A DNA stretch of 48,781 nucleotides from Candidatus Aminicenantes bacterium (GTDB taxonomy: Bacteria; Acidobacteriota; Aminicenantia; Aminicenantales; Aminicenantaceae), in NCBI GenBank assembly GCA_030614685.1, contig JAUWTO010000002.1, positions 1-48,781 of the forward strand. The letters are read 5' to 3'. Within the stretch, counting starts at the first letter, position 1. Each line of letters starts with the position of its first letter. Of this stretch, positions 7,735 through 15,453 are shown in pieces. A program made the position numbers and the translations under genes. The notes under the pieces were generated by a model. It was not told the origin of the DNA. It ran no database searches and saw nothing but the letters and a program-made list of their open reading frames with translations.

Positions 7735-9816
7735 ATGATACACAAGACACTCGTGAGCCTAGCGCTCCTCCTGATACTCTTGGCCCCGCAGGCACTGCTG
7801 TCCCAGGAAAAGCTCAGGGAAGAGGAGCTGCCCGCCCGGTTCCAGGAATTTCTCACTTTTACCCGCTTTATCATCCTCCCCCAGGAGAAAGAGGTGTTCA
7901 TGCAGCTGACCTCGGACCGGGACCGCGACGTCTTCGTGCGCACGTTCTGGAAACAGCGCGATCCCACGCCGGGCACGCCCAAGAACGAGCGCAAGGACGA
8001 GCACCAGAGCCGCTGGGACCATGCCAACAAGGTCTTCGGCCGCCAGACCGTGCGCCCGGGCTGGATGACGGATATGGGCCGCTTTTACCTCATGCTGGGA
8101 GATCCCAACAGCTATGAACGGATCCCCAGCTCGCTCGACCTCTATCCCATCGAGATCTGGTACTATTACGGCGATGTGGCCAGGGGACAGCCTACTTACT
8201 TTGCCCTGGTGTTCTTCCAGCGGGGGGGCGCCGGCGAGTACAAGCTGTATGACCCGATCAGCGATGGGCCTGCTGCGCTCATGGTCTATGGCCGCCACTT
8301 CAGGCCTGACGACTACGAGGGGATGTACGAGTACCTGCTGGATCGAGTCCCGACCCTGGCGCTCGTCTCCCTCAGCATGGTCCCGGGCGATATCCCCTAC
8401 AACTGGGTCCCTTCCGCTGTGAACAACATCATGCTGGCCGAGATCATCGACTCGGTCAAGATGGAAGTCAATCCCATCTATGCCACGCATTTCCTGGAAT
8501 ACAAAGGCATGGTCAGCGTGGAATACATGGAAAATTATGTGGAGGCCGCGACCCAGCTCGCCTTTATCAAAGACCCGCTCATGGACATCAACTTCCTCCA
8601 TTTCACCATTGTACCCGAAGAGATCTCCATCGATTTCTACGAGCCGGACAACCAGTACTTCTGTAATTTTTCCCTGACCGTCAACTTGAAACTGGAGGAG
8701 AAGATCATCTTCCAGTACACGCGCGAGTTCCCCTTCTATTTCAAGGAGGAAGACCTGAACCATATCCAGGGCAACGGCATTGCCATCGAAGATTCCTTTC
8801 CCGTGATCGATGGCCAGTACGAGCTGACCATCCTGCTCCAGAATTCCGTAGGCAAGGAATTCACAGTCTATGAAAAGGTGATCTCCGTCCCCGAGGATTC
8901 GGGCCGGCCCTGGATCATGCAGCCCCTCCTCGGTTATAAGATCCAGAATTTTCGTCGTGACCAGCACATCCCCTTCAAGGTCCTGGAACAGAAGGTGGTC
9001 ATCGATCCCAAAGCTACCTTCGCGGCCGAAGAAAACCTCTCCTTCCTGCTTAACGTGGCCAACCTGACCCAGGATCTATGGAACAGCGGGAAAATTCGGG
9101 TCGAGATCAAGGGATTGAAACCCGTCGACCCCACCACCAAGGCCTTTGACCTGAACCTGAAAAACTACCCCTTCCGCAGGACTCTGACGGTCTCCCAGGA
9201 GATCGTCGGGAGTGATCTGCCTCCGGATTATTACGAGATGGAGCTCTACCTGGTCGATGGGGAAGGCCGGGCCCTGGATCAGAAAAAAGTGGGTTTCACC
9301 GTCTCACCCCAGGCTGTACTGGCCCATCCCATCGCTCATTCCAAGTCCTTCCCGCTGGCACGCAACTATCTTTTCTACTTCGCGCTGGCCCGACAGGCGG
9401 AGGAGATCCAGGACTGGACCCAGGCGGCGGAGAGCTATAAGAGAGCCCATGAGGCCAACCCGGAATACAAGCCGGGGTTGGTGGATTACGCCAATTTCCT
9501 GTTCAAGATCGAACAGTTTGATCGGAGTATCGAACTCATAGAGCGGCTCCAGGACGACCCGGAGATGCGGTTCCAGTACTTCCTCGTCAAGGGGCGTTCC
9601 CTCATGGGCAAGGGGCAGTTTCAGGAGGCGGTCGATCACCTCCTGGAGGGGAACGAGATCTACAACAGCGACACCGGGCTGCTCAACTCTCTGGGCATCT
9701 GTTATCACAGGTTGGGAGAAGACCAATTGGCCCTCGACGCTCTCAACTCCTCCCTGAAGCTGAATCCGACTCAGGAAGAGGTCAAGGCCATGATCGCGGA
9801 GATCGAAAAGAAGTAG
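7735..9816 (+). CDS. Secreted GWxTD-domain protein with C-terminal TPR repeats
   Basis: ORF 7702 (TTG) trimmed to ATG 7735. Signal peptide MIHKTLVSLALLLILLAPQALLSQ. 'FWKQRDPTPGTPKNE' and 'GWMTDMGRFYLMLGDPN' (GWMTD = 8059-8073). C-terminal TPR ('AAESYKRAHEANPEY', 'ALDALNSSLKLNPTQ'). Confidence 0.8.
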   Translation: MIHKTLVSLALLLILLAPQALLSQEKLREEELPARFQEFLTFTRFIILPQEKEVFMQLTSDRDRDVFVRTFWKQRDPTPGTPKNERKDEHQSRWDHANKVFGRQTVRPGWMTDMGRFYLMLGDPNSYERIPSSLDLYPIEIWYYYGDVARGQPTYFALVFFQRGGAGEYKLYDPISDGPAALMVYGRHFRPDDYEGMYEYLLDRVPTLALVSLSMVPGDIPYNWVPSAVNNIMLAEIIDSVKMEVNPIYATHFLEYKGMVSVEYMENYVEAATQLAFIKDPLMDINFLHFTIVPEEISIDFYEPDNQYFCNFSLTVNLKLEEKIIFQYTREFPFYFKEEDLNHIQGNGIAIEDSFPVIDGQYELTILLQNSVGKEFTVYEKVISVPEDSGRPWIMQPLLGYKIQNFRRDQHIPFKVLEQKVVIDPKATFAAEENLSFLLNVANLTQDLWNSGKIRVEIKGLKPVDPTTKAFDLNLKNYPFRRTLTVSQEIVGSDLPPDYYEMELYLVDGEGRALDQKKVGFTVSPQAVLAHPIAHSKSFPLARNYLFYFALARQAEEIQDWTQAAESYKRAHEANPEYKPGLVDYANFLFKIEQFDRSIELIERLQDDPEMRFQYFLVKGRSLMGKGQFQEAVDHLLEGNEIYNSDTGLLNSLGICYHRLGEDQLALDALNSSLKLNPTQEEVKAMIAEIEKK

Positions 9817-9824
9817 GGGAGGGG

Positions 9825-9854
9825 TATCGGGCCCCTCACCCGAGGGGCCCGGTA
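9825..9854. terminator. Bidirectional hairpin between convergent genes
   Basis: Perfect 10-bp stem cgggcccctc (9828-9837) / gaggggcccg (9842-9851) with loop accc, extendable by 3 more pairs. It lies between stop 9816 (+) and stop 9862 (-). There is no clear U-tract. Confidence 0.55.
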
Positions 9855-9861
9855 TATGGAC

Positions 9862-10947
9862 TTACTTGACTTCGAAATTGACCAGCTTATTCAGGCTCTT
9901 ACCCGAAAGCTTGTCATTGATCGTGATGGACAGGGCATAGTTCCCAGGTTCCAGATCTCTCTGCTCCTGCCTTTCCGTGGTCTTTCCTTCTTTTGTGGTC
10001 TTGATCAGAACCGTTTTCTTCAGGGGAAGCGGCTGGCTGACCAGGGCCATGTCATAGCTGGTGACGGCATAATTGATGACGGCCTCTTCATTCTGGACCA
10101 CCTCGTAGGTGATCTCGATGTCATTGCGGCCCTGCTCGTTGGCCTGGGCTCCGAATATGAAGAAGAACACATCCAGGTTGTCTCCCGCGGTGAACACGTG
10201 ATCGAGGTTGGCCTCGACCTGGAGCACCGAATAGGTGAAGATTCCCCTGTGGATCTCAGAGCGGGTTTCTGGAGCGGACATGCGGTCGAGCTTTTTGATG
10301 AAGAAGACCGGGGTCGTGCCCATCTCTTCCGTAAAACCCATGGGATTGGGCAGGGTGAACTCATAGTACTGAGTCCCGATCTTTTGGAGGTCCGGAGAGG
10401 TGATGGCCATGGACAGGAGGTAGTTCCCGGGTGCCAGGGGATACCCTGTGGTGTAAATCTCCTCTTTCTCCGCGTCATAGCTGCCGCCGTCGACCTGGAT
10501 TGACAGCGGGATGTAGACTTCCTTGGTGAAGTTGCCGTCCAGCTGCTGGTAGTGCAGGAACACATGGTTGCGCGACTGCAGCAGATTGGGCTTGGACTCG
10601 AAGGAGGTGACCTCCTGTGCTTCCTGCGTTTCTTCCTTCTTGGCGGCGGGCTGCATGGGTTCCACAAAACCGAGATCTGCGTTCTTGATCTTGAAGAAGA
10701 ATATCTTGTGCAGGTTTGTCTGGGCAGGCAGATACAGGTCCCTGTCCAGGATGGAGAAAGGGATGTCCAGGCGCGGCTGGCGTGTCTGGGCTCCCTGCTG
10801 AAGCACGGTCCGGACCTGGTCGGGAATGACGACCTTCTGTTCCTGTATGGCCTGCTGCTCTTCCTGAGCGATCAGGGCGGGCGCCATGGTCAGGACAGCG
10901 ACGAGGCCGAGCAGAACAACTGGGATGATGAGGTTCTTGTTTTTCAT
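9862..10947 (-). CDS. Secreted hypothetical protein with two beta-sandwich-like repeats
   Basis: 361 aa. ATG 10947 preceded by GGAGGA (revcomp of 10951-10956). Signal peptide MKNKNLIIPVVLLGLVAVLTMAPALIAQ. Internal repeat ends 'LAPGNYLLSMAITSP..YYEFTLP' and 'LEPGNYALSITINDK..LVNFEVK'. The opposite-strand ORF 9856-10503 has no such features. Confidence 0.65.
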   Translation of the reverse strand: MKNKNLIIPVVLLGLVAVLTMAPALIAQEEQQAIQEQKVVIPDQVRTVLQQGAQTRQPRLDIPFSILDRDLYLPAQTNLHKIFFFKIKNADLGFVEPMQPAAKKEETQEAQEVTSFESKPNLLQSRNHVFLHYQQLDGNFTKEVYIPLSIQVDGGSYDAEKEEIYTTGYPLAPGNYLLSMAITSPDLQKIGTQYYEFTLPNPMGFTEEMGTTPVFFIKKLDRMSAPETRSEIHRGIFTYSVLQVEANLDHVFTAGDNLDVFFFIFGAQANEQGRNDIEITYEVVQNEEAVINYAVTSYDMALVSQPLPLKKTVLIKTTKEGKTTERQEQRDLEPGNYALSITINDKLSGKSLNKLVNFEVK

Positions 10948-11192
10948 GTTTCCTCCTTGAGATCAACCATCCGGGTCTCTCTTGGATATTAAAGACCCAT
11001 GATAGCAGAAACAGGTGCTTTTTTCCAGCATGAATTGAGAAGCAGATGCGAGAGCGGATCTTGGTTAACATGATTATTTGCTGTAAGTTCCGGAATGTTT
11101 AAGCTGGGCCACAAAAGAATACGGCCCGGCGGGATGGGCGGCACAATTTTTTTGTCCCCATGGGCTCGGGCCTCCGTCACAAAAGGTTCGCC

Positions 11193-12212
11193 TCAGGGTG
11201 AACGGCGGCGCTGGTACCTGTTCACGGCGTTGACATGTTCCCGGTAGGTCCGGCTGAACTGGTGGCTTCCGTCGTTGCGCGAGACAAAGTACAGGTAGTC
11301 CACGTCTTCAGGATAGAGGGCGGCTTCCAGGGAGGCCTTCCCGGGGTTGGCGATGGGGCCGGGGGGGAGGCCGGGATACAGATAGGTGTTGTAGGAGGAG
11401 TCCAGCTTCAGGTCCTTGTAGCGCAACCGGCCCGTGTAGCTGTCCGTGTTCTTGAGCGCGTACACGATGGTGGGGTCACAGTCCAGCTTCATGCTGATGC
11501 GGAGGCGGTTGTGAAACACGCCCGCCACCAGGCTCCGCTCCTCGGCTCGCGAGGTTTCTTTTTCCACCAGGGAGGCCAGAATCACCACATCCCTGACGCT
11601 CAGGCCGAGTTCCGCCGCCCTCTCCTTCCAGGAATCTGAGAACAGGTCCCGGAATTGGGCCACCATGGCTTCGACGATCTCGGCCGGGGTAGTCTCTTTG
11701 GGAAAGTGGTAGGTCTCAGGGAGCAGGTAGCCCTCCAGATCGATCGCCTCCGGATCCCAAGCCTGCGCTGGGGCGGGATCGGCGCTGGCCGCCAGAAACG
11801 CCTCCGCATCCAAGCTGTATTCCTGGTTCAGATGCCGGGCCGTCTCGCGCCGCGTCAGTCCTTCGGGAATGGTCATCGGGTACAACTGGACCTGTCCCTG
11901 GATCAAGGCTTGGACCGCCTGCTTGGGGGAGAGGGGCGTTTCCAGGCGGTATTCGCCGGCCTTCAGGCTCTGTCCGGAAAAGAACAGGCGGTAGCCCAGG
12001 AGGAAGGGCCACTTGCGTGTGATGATGCCGTGTGCCTTCAGCGCCTCGGCGATCCGAGTTGCATTCCAGCCCTCCTCCACCTCGAAGGGGACGGTCCCGG
12101 CCGCCGCCTCGGCTGCCGTGTTGTACTGGATGGCAAACCAGCCGGCTGCGATCAGCAGGAGAACAGCCCCCAGCAGCAGGCCCAACCTCACGATCCGGAG
12201 CACGTCGCGCAT
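11193..12212 (-). CDS. mltG: Endolytic murein transglycosylase MltG (YceG family)
   Basis: 339 aa. N-terminal TM anchor. YceG blocks 'LPETYHF', 'ILASLVEKET', 'VFHNRLRISMKLDCDPTIVYA', 'YNTYLYPGLPPGPIANPG'. Confidence 0.9.
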   Translation of the reverse strand: MRDVLRIVRLGLLLGAVLLLIAAGWFAIQYNTAAEAAAGTVPFEVEEGWNATRIAEALKAHGIITRKWPFLLGYRLFFSGQSLKAGEYRLETPLSPKQAVQALIQGQVQLYPMTIPEGLTRRETARHLNQEYSLDAEAFLAASADPAPAQAWDPEAIDLEGYLLPETYHFPKETTPAEIVEAMVAQFRDLFSDSWKERAAELGLSVRDVVILASLVEKETSRAEERSLVAGVFHNRLRISMKLDCDPTIVYALKNTDSYTGRLRYKDLKLDSSYNTYLYPGLPPGPIANPGKASLEAALYPEDVDYLYFVSRNDGSHQFSRTYREHVNAVNRYQRRRSP

Positions 12213-12213
12213 G

Positions 12214-12624
12214 CTACCGTTCGCTCTCCAGGTAGCTCGCCAGGATCAGGCTGGCGGAGATCTGGTCCTTCAGGGCCTTCTTTTTCTTCGGGGCGGCCTT
12301 CTGTTCGCGCAGGATCCGGAAGGCCTCTTTGGTGGTCAGGCGTTCATCCCAGAAGACGATCGGGATGCCCAGGGCGGATCCCAGCCAGTCAGCGAACCGT
12401 CGGGTCTTTTCGACACGGCTCCCCGGCGTGCCGTCCATCCGGAGCGGAAGTCCTACCACGATACGGCCGATGCTGTATTCCGCCACCAGCCCCTGGAAAT
12501 ATTCCCGGTCCTTCTTTTTCCCCTTCTGCTGATAGAATCCCAGGCCCTGGGCTGTGATACGGAGGGGATCGCTCACCGCCAGCCCGATGTTTTTGTCTCC
12601 GTAGTCGATCCCCAGGACCCTCAT
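12214..12624 (-). CDS. ruvX: Holliday-junction-resolvase-like nuclease RuvX/YqgF
   Basis: ORF 12214-12834 trimmed. The conserved protein begins 'MRVLGIDYGDKNIGLAVSD'. ATG 12624 overlaps the ddl stop as ATGA (12621-12624); alternative ATG at 12630. Also 'IVVGLPLRMDGT' and 'WDERLTT'. Confidence 0.85.
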   Translation of the reverse strand: MRVLGIDYGDKNIGLAVSDPLRITAQGLGFYQQKGKKKDREYFQGLVAEYSIGRIVVGLPLRMDGTPGSRVEKTRRFADWLGSALGIPIVFWDERLTTKEAFRILREQKAAPKKKKALKDQISASLILASYLESER

Positions 12625-13682
12625 GTCCATTCCACGTCCCGCTTCCGGTTCGCGTACCGCTCCAGGCCGAGTTCGATGAGCTCCTCTAGAAGGGCTGCGA
12701 ATCCCAGCCCGCTGGCCTCCCAGAGTTTGGGGTACATGCTGATGTCGGTGAAGCCCGGGATGGTGTTGATCTCGTTCAGGATGATCCGTTCCGTTCCCTC
12801 CTGAACAAAGAAGTCGACACGGGCCATACCGCACCCGTCCACCGCCTTGAACGCCTCTACAGCGAGGCGGCGGATCTCGTCCGTCAGCGGCACCGGGAGC
12901 TCTGCGGGGATCCTGAAACGGGTCTTCCCTTCGAGGTATTTGTCCCGGTAGTCATAGAATTCGCGGGAGGGGATGACCTCTCCGGGGAGTGAAGCCCGCG
13001 GCTTGTCGTTCCCCAGGACGCTGCATTCGATCTCCCGGCCTGAGATCCCCTCTTCCACCAGGATCTTGCGATCGTACCGGAATGCGGTTTCGAACGCGTC
13101 CTCGATCTCCGCGGGGATTCTTACCCTGCTGATGCCGACGCTGGAACCCAAGTTGGCGGGTTTAATAAAAAAGGGCGGAGCGTACGCTTCCCGCACTGTA
13201 CGAAGGAGGGTTTCGGGATCTGCGCGCCAGTCTTGCTCGAGGACGACATCGAAGTGCCCCACGGGGAGTCCCCGGCTCTGGAACAGGGTCTTGGCCACGG
13301 CTTTGTCCATGCCCGCGGCCGAGGCCAGGACCGGGGCCCCCACATACGCCACCCCTGCCATCTCGAAGAGCCCCTGGATGGTCCCGTCCTCACCAAAGGG
13401 GCCGTGGAGGACAGGAAAAAAGATGTCCGCTTCGAAGCGATCGCCCCTGTTCTGAGGTGCCCAGGGGAGGAAAGAGGTGAATTCACCCTGCCTCAGCACT
13501 TCGGCCGGGGCCTGCGGGGTTTCCACGGTCCGCCAGCCGCCCTGCCGGTTGGCGTATACGCACGTGATGTCGAATCTGCTTTTATCCAGATGTGTGTAGA
13601 TCGCCGCGGCCGAGGTAATGGAGACGTCATGTTCGGCCGAGCGTCCCCCGAAGAGGAGGGCGACACGTAGTTTTTTGGCCAT
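12621..13682 (-). CDS. ddl: D-alanine--D-alanine ligase
   Basis: Trimmed to ATG 13682 ('MAKKLRVALLFGGRSAEHDVSITSA'). ATP-grasp blocks 'FPVLHGPFGEDGTIQGL', 'FIKPANLGSSVGISRV', 'LNEINTIPGFT'. Confidence 0.9.
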   Translation of the reverse strand: MAKKLRVALLFGGRSAEHDVSITSAAAIYTHLDKSRFDITCVYANRQGGWRTVETPQAPAEVLRQGEFTSFLPWAPQNRGDRFEADIFFPVLHGPFGEDGTIQGLFEMAGVAYVGAPVLASAAGMDKAVAKTLFQSRGLPVGHFDVVLEQDWRADPETLLRTVREAYAPPFFIKPANLGSSVGISRVRIPAEIEDAFETAFRYDRKILVEEGISGREIECSVLGNDKPRASLPGEVIPSREFYDYRDKYLEGKTRFRIPAELPVPLTDEIRRLAVEAFKAVDGCGMARVDFFVQEGTERIILNEINTIPGFTDISMYPKLWEASGLGFAALLEELIELGLERYANRKRDVEWT

Positions 13683-13694
13683 TTTTCCAGCCCC

Positions 13695-13723
13695 ATTGTA
13701 AAGCAATCCCCGGCCCATGTCCA
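13695..13723 (-). promoter_or_regulatory. Possible sigma70-type promoter for ddl (very short leader)
   Basis: Minus strand TGGACA (13723-13718) - 17 nt - TACAAT (13700-13695). ATG 13682 lies 12 nt beyond the -10, and no SD is visible. Confidence 0.3.
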
Positions 13724-13794
13724 CTCACGAGGTGGAAGGGAACAGGGGTGAGAGCTGAGAGAATGCCCCCCCTTCCTTTCAAGGCGAGTCAAAT

Positions 13795-13823
13795 TTGACA
13801 CGCCTGAAACGACTCAATATAAT
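13795..13823 (+). promoter_or_regulatory. Perfect-consensus sigma70 promoter for the 13902 gene
   Basis: TTGACA (13795-13800) - exactly 17 nt - TATAAT (13818-13823), in the divergent ddl/13902 spacer. The -35 is embedded in the 12-bp palindrome gtcaaatttgac (13788-13799). Confidence 0.65.
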
Positions 13824-13901
13824 AGACCCAAATATTTTGCGAGAATTCAGGTACCACATGAGAGGTATGCGTTCATTTCCGGATACCTGAAGGAGGCTGG
13901 G

Positions 13902-15146
13902 ATGAAAGACAAGAAAAGGGCTATTTTCATCTTCATCGGCATCTTGATCCTGCTGTCCGGGAATACTCTGGCAGAGACCAAGAAGCTAACGGAAATCGGC
14001 CGATTCAAATTTATCGATACCAACATGCCCGTCGACCAGCTGATGAAGACCATCGTTGAGAAACACTCGGAAGACATCAAGATCGGATTTACCCTGGCAG
14101 GATGCGGCGATCTGTACGTGCCTTTCATGGATCAGATAAAACAGTCCGCCTTCGAGGAGAAGACCATGCCCGTGGGCGGGATCATGAAATGGATGCTGTT
14201 CCGCTCGCAGGGGAAGGTCAAACTCGTCCAGGATCTTGAATGGGCGGGCGCCGATCCCCTCCCCGTCTTCAGCTTTTCCCTTGAAGCCGGCAACAACCAC
14301 TACGAATTCGTCATGCCCAAAGCCTGCGGCAACATCTCGCTCGTGAGCGTGGAGCCTGTCATGCCCCAGCCGGGGCGCGAAGGCGAGCCCGCGATGCAGC
14401 AGGAGCAGCAGGAACCGGAGGGTGAGATCCGTCGGGCCAAGATCTACGACGAGATCTATGACCTGCTCTCCGAGACAGACCTGTACTGCTCGTTCCGCAT
14501 CCATGGCGGCGAACTTCCCGACATGAGGATCATCGGTGCCGACCGCGAGAGCGAACGGAACATCTTCAGTGACGGTGACCTCATGTATGTGGATAAGGGC
14601 AGGGCGGACGGCCTGGAGGAAGGGCAGCTGTTCATGGTCCTGGAGATCACTTCCCGCAGGGCATGGGACAAGGACTACGAATTCGAGAATTACGGAGATC
14701 TGGCATTCAAGAGGGGTCGGGCCCGGATCGTGGATGTGGCTGAGCACAAGTCGACGGCCGTGCTGGAGAAGTGCTGCGATCCCGTGCCCATCGGCAGCTA
14801 CCTGGTCCCTTTCATGCCCGATGAATCGCTCCTCGGAAAGGACCTCGGGTTTGATGTGCCTCCCTTCAAGGCCGACGGGATCAGCGGCAGAGTGATCTTC
14901 ATACAGGGCGATTACAACCAGGTCGCCAGCGGCCACTGGGCACTCATCAACATGGGGGCCGTAGACGATATCCACCGCGGCCAACAGCTGGTCCTTTACC
15001 GGGAACTGCATGTCGATGCGCCGCTCCAGGTCTTCGGCAACCTGGTCGTGATCGATGTCCAGGAAAAAACGGCGACCGTCAAGGTACTCTCAAGCCGGGA
15101 TGCCATCAACCAGGGTGATCTGGTCATGCTGCGCCCCACGCGCTAG
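13902..15146 (+). CDS. Secreted hypothetical protein (no family recognised)
   Basis: 414 aa. AGGAGG (13891-13896) precedes the ATG. Signal peptide MKDKKRAIFIFIGILILLSGNTLA. Q/E-rich linker 'QPGREGEPAMQQEQQEPEGE'. C-terminal half has two similar segments ('GDLMYVDKGRADGLEEGQLFMVLE', 'ALINMGAVDDIHRGQQLVLYRE..INQGDLVMLRP'). The antisense ORF 13986-15011 has typical high-GC antisense composition. Confidence 0.6.
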   Translation: MKDKKRAIFIFIGILILLSGNTLAETKKLTEIGRFKFIDTNMPVDQLMKTIVEKHSEDIKIGFTLAGCGDLYVPFMDQIKQSAFEEKTMPVGGIMKWMLFRSQGKVKLVQDLEWAGADPLPVFSFSLEAGNNHYEFVMPKACGNISLVSVEPVMPQPGREGEPAMQQEQQEPEGEIRRAKIYDEIYDLLSETDLYCSFRIHGGELPDMRIIGADRESERNIFSDGDLMYVDKGRADGLEEGQLFMVLEITSRRAWDKDYEFENYGDLAFKRGRARIVDVAEHKSTAVLEKCCDPVPIGSYLVPFMPDESLLGKDLGFDVPPFKADGISGRVIFIQGDYNQVASGHWALINMGAVDDIHRGQQLVLYRELHVDAPLQVFGNLVVIDVQEKTATVKVLSSRDAINQGDLVMLRPTR

Positions 15147-15170
15147 GTGACCTATCCCAGACCCTTCAGC

Positions 15171-15199
15171 TTGACAGTTATTTTGGTTTTTGGTAGGGT
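15171..15199 (+). promoter_or_regulatory. Predicted promoter of the tRNA pair
   Basis: TTGACA (15171-15176) - 17 nt - TAGGGT (15194-15199), about 34 nt upstream of the tRNA-Gly 5' end. Confidence 0.45.
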
Positions 15200-15232
15200 A
15201 CTTCAGTATCGCTCCCCTGTGGATGCAGTCGA

Positions 15233-15307
15233 GCGGGCGTAGTTCAGTGGTAGAACGTCTGCTTGCCAAGCAGAAGGTCGAGGGTTCAAATCCCTTCGCC
15301 CGCTCCA
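15233..15307 (+). tRNA. tRNA-Gly (anticodon GCC)
   Basis: Acceptor GCGGGCG/CGCCCGC. D-arm GTTC..GAAC. Anticodon stem TCTGC/GCAGA with loop TT-GCC-AA. T-arm GAGGG-TTCAAAT-CCCTT. Encoded CCA (15305-15307). Confidence 0.92.
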
Positions 15308-15326
15308 ACTAAGACACCTCATTAAA

Positions 15327-15402
15327 GGCGCGGTACCCAAGTGGCTAAGGGAGAGGTCTGCAAAACCTCGATTCGTCGGTTCGAATCCGACCCGCGCCTC
15401 CA
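15327..15402 (+). tRNA. tRNA-Cys (anticodon GCA)
   Basis: Acceptor GGCGCGG/CCGCGCC. Anticodon stem GAGGT/ACCTC with loop CT-GCA-AA. T-arm GTCGG-TTCGAAT-CCGAC. Encoded CCA (15400-15402). Confidence 0.92.
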
Positions 15403-15408
15403 ATCCCT

Positions 15409-15429
15409 ACTCCCGCGTCATCCGGGAGT
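15409..15429 (+). terminator. Hairpin after tRNA-Cys (possible terminator)
   Basis: 7-bp stem actcccg (15409-15415) / cgggagt (15423-15429) with a 7-nt loop. The downstream T-tract is only weak. Confidence 0.35.
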
Positions 15430-15453
15430 CTGCATAAGTTTCATTAAATCCAC

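Noticed and set aside
10989-11180. 63-aa minus-strand ORF between mltG and the 361-aa secreted-protein gene
   Set aside because: It has no SD and no recognisable features, and it lies where the promoter of the 10947 gene and the mltG 3' end are expected.
12625-12834. 68-codon N-terminal extension of the ruvX ORF (and similar extensions at 4484-4558, 7702-7734, 13683-13724, 25725-25772, 29582-29632, 32134-32196, 47826-47918)
   Set aside because: The extensions overlap the upstream gene or contain the promoter. They lack homology-like sequence. Each is followed by an internal ATG with an RBS or ATGA coupling at which the conserved protein begins.
15090-15403. 72-aa and 66-aa minus-strand ORFs
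   Set aside because: They lie over the tRNA-Gly and tRNA-Cys genes, whose cloverleaf structures explain the sequence.
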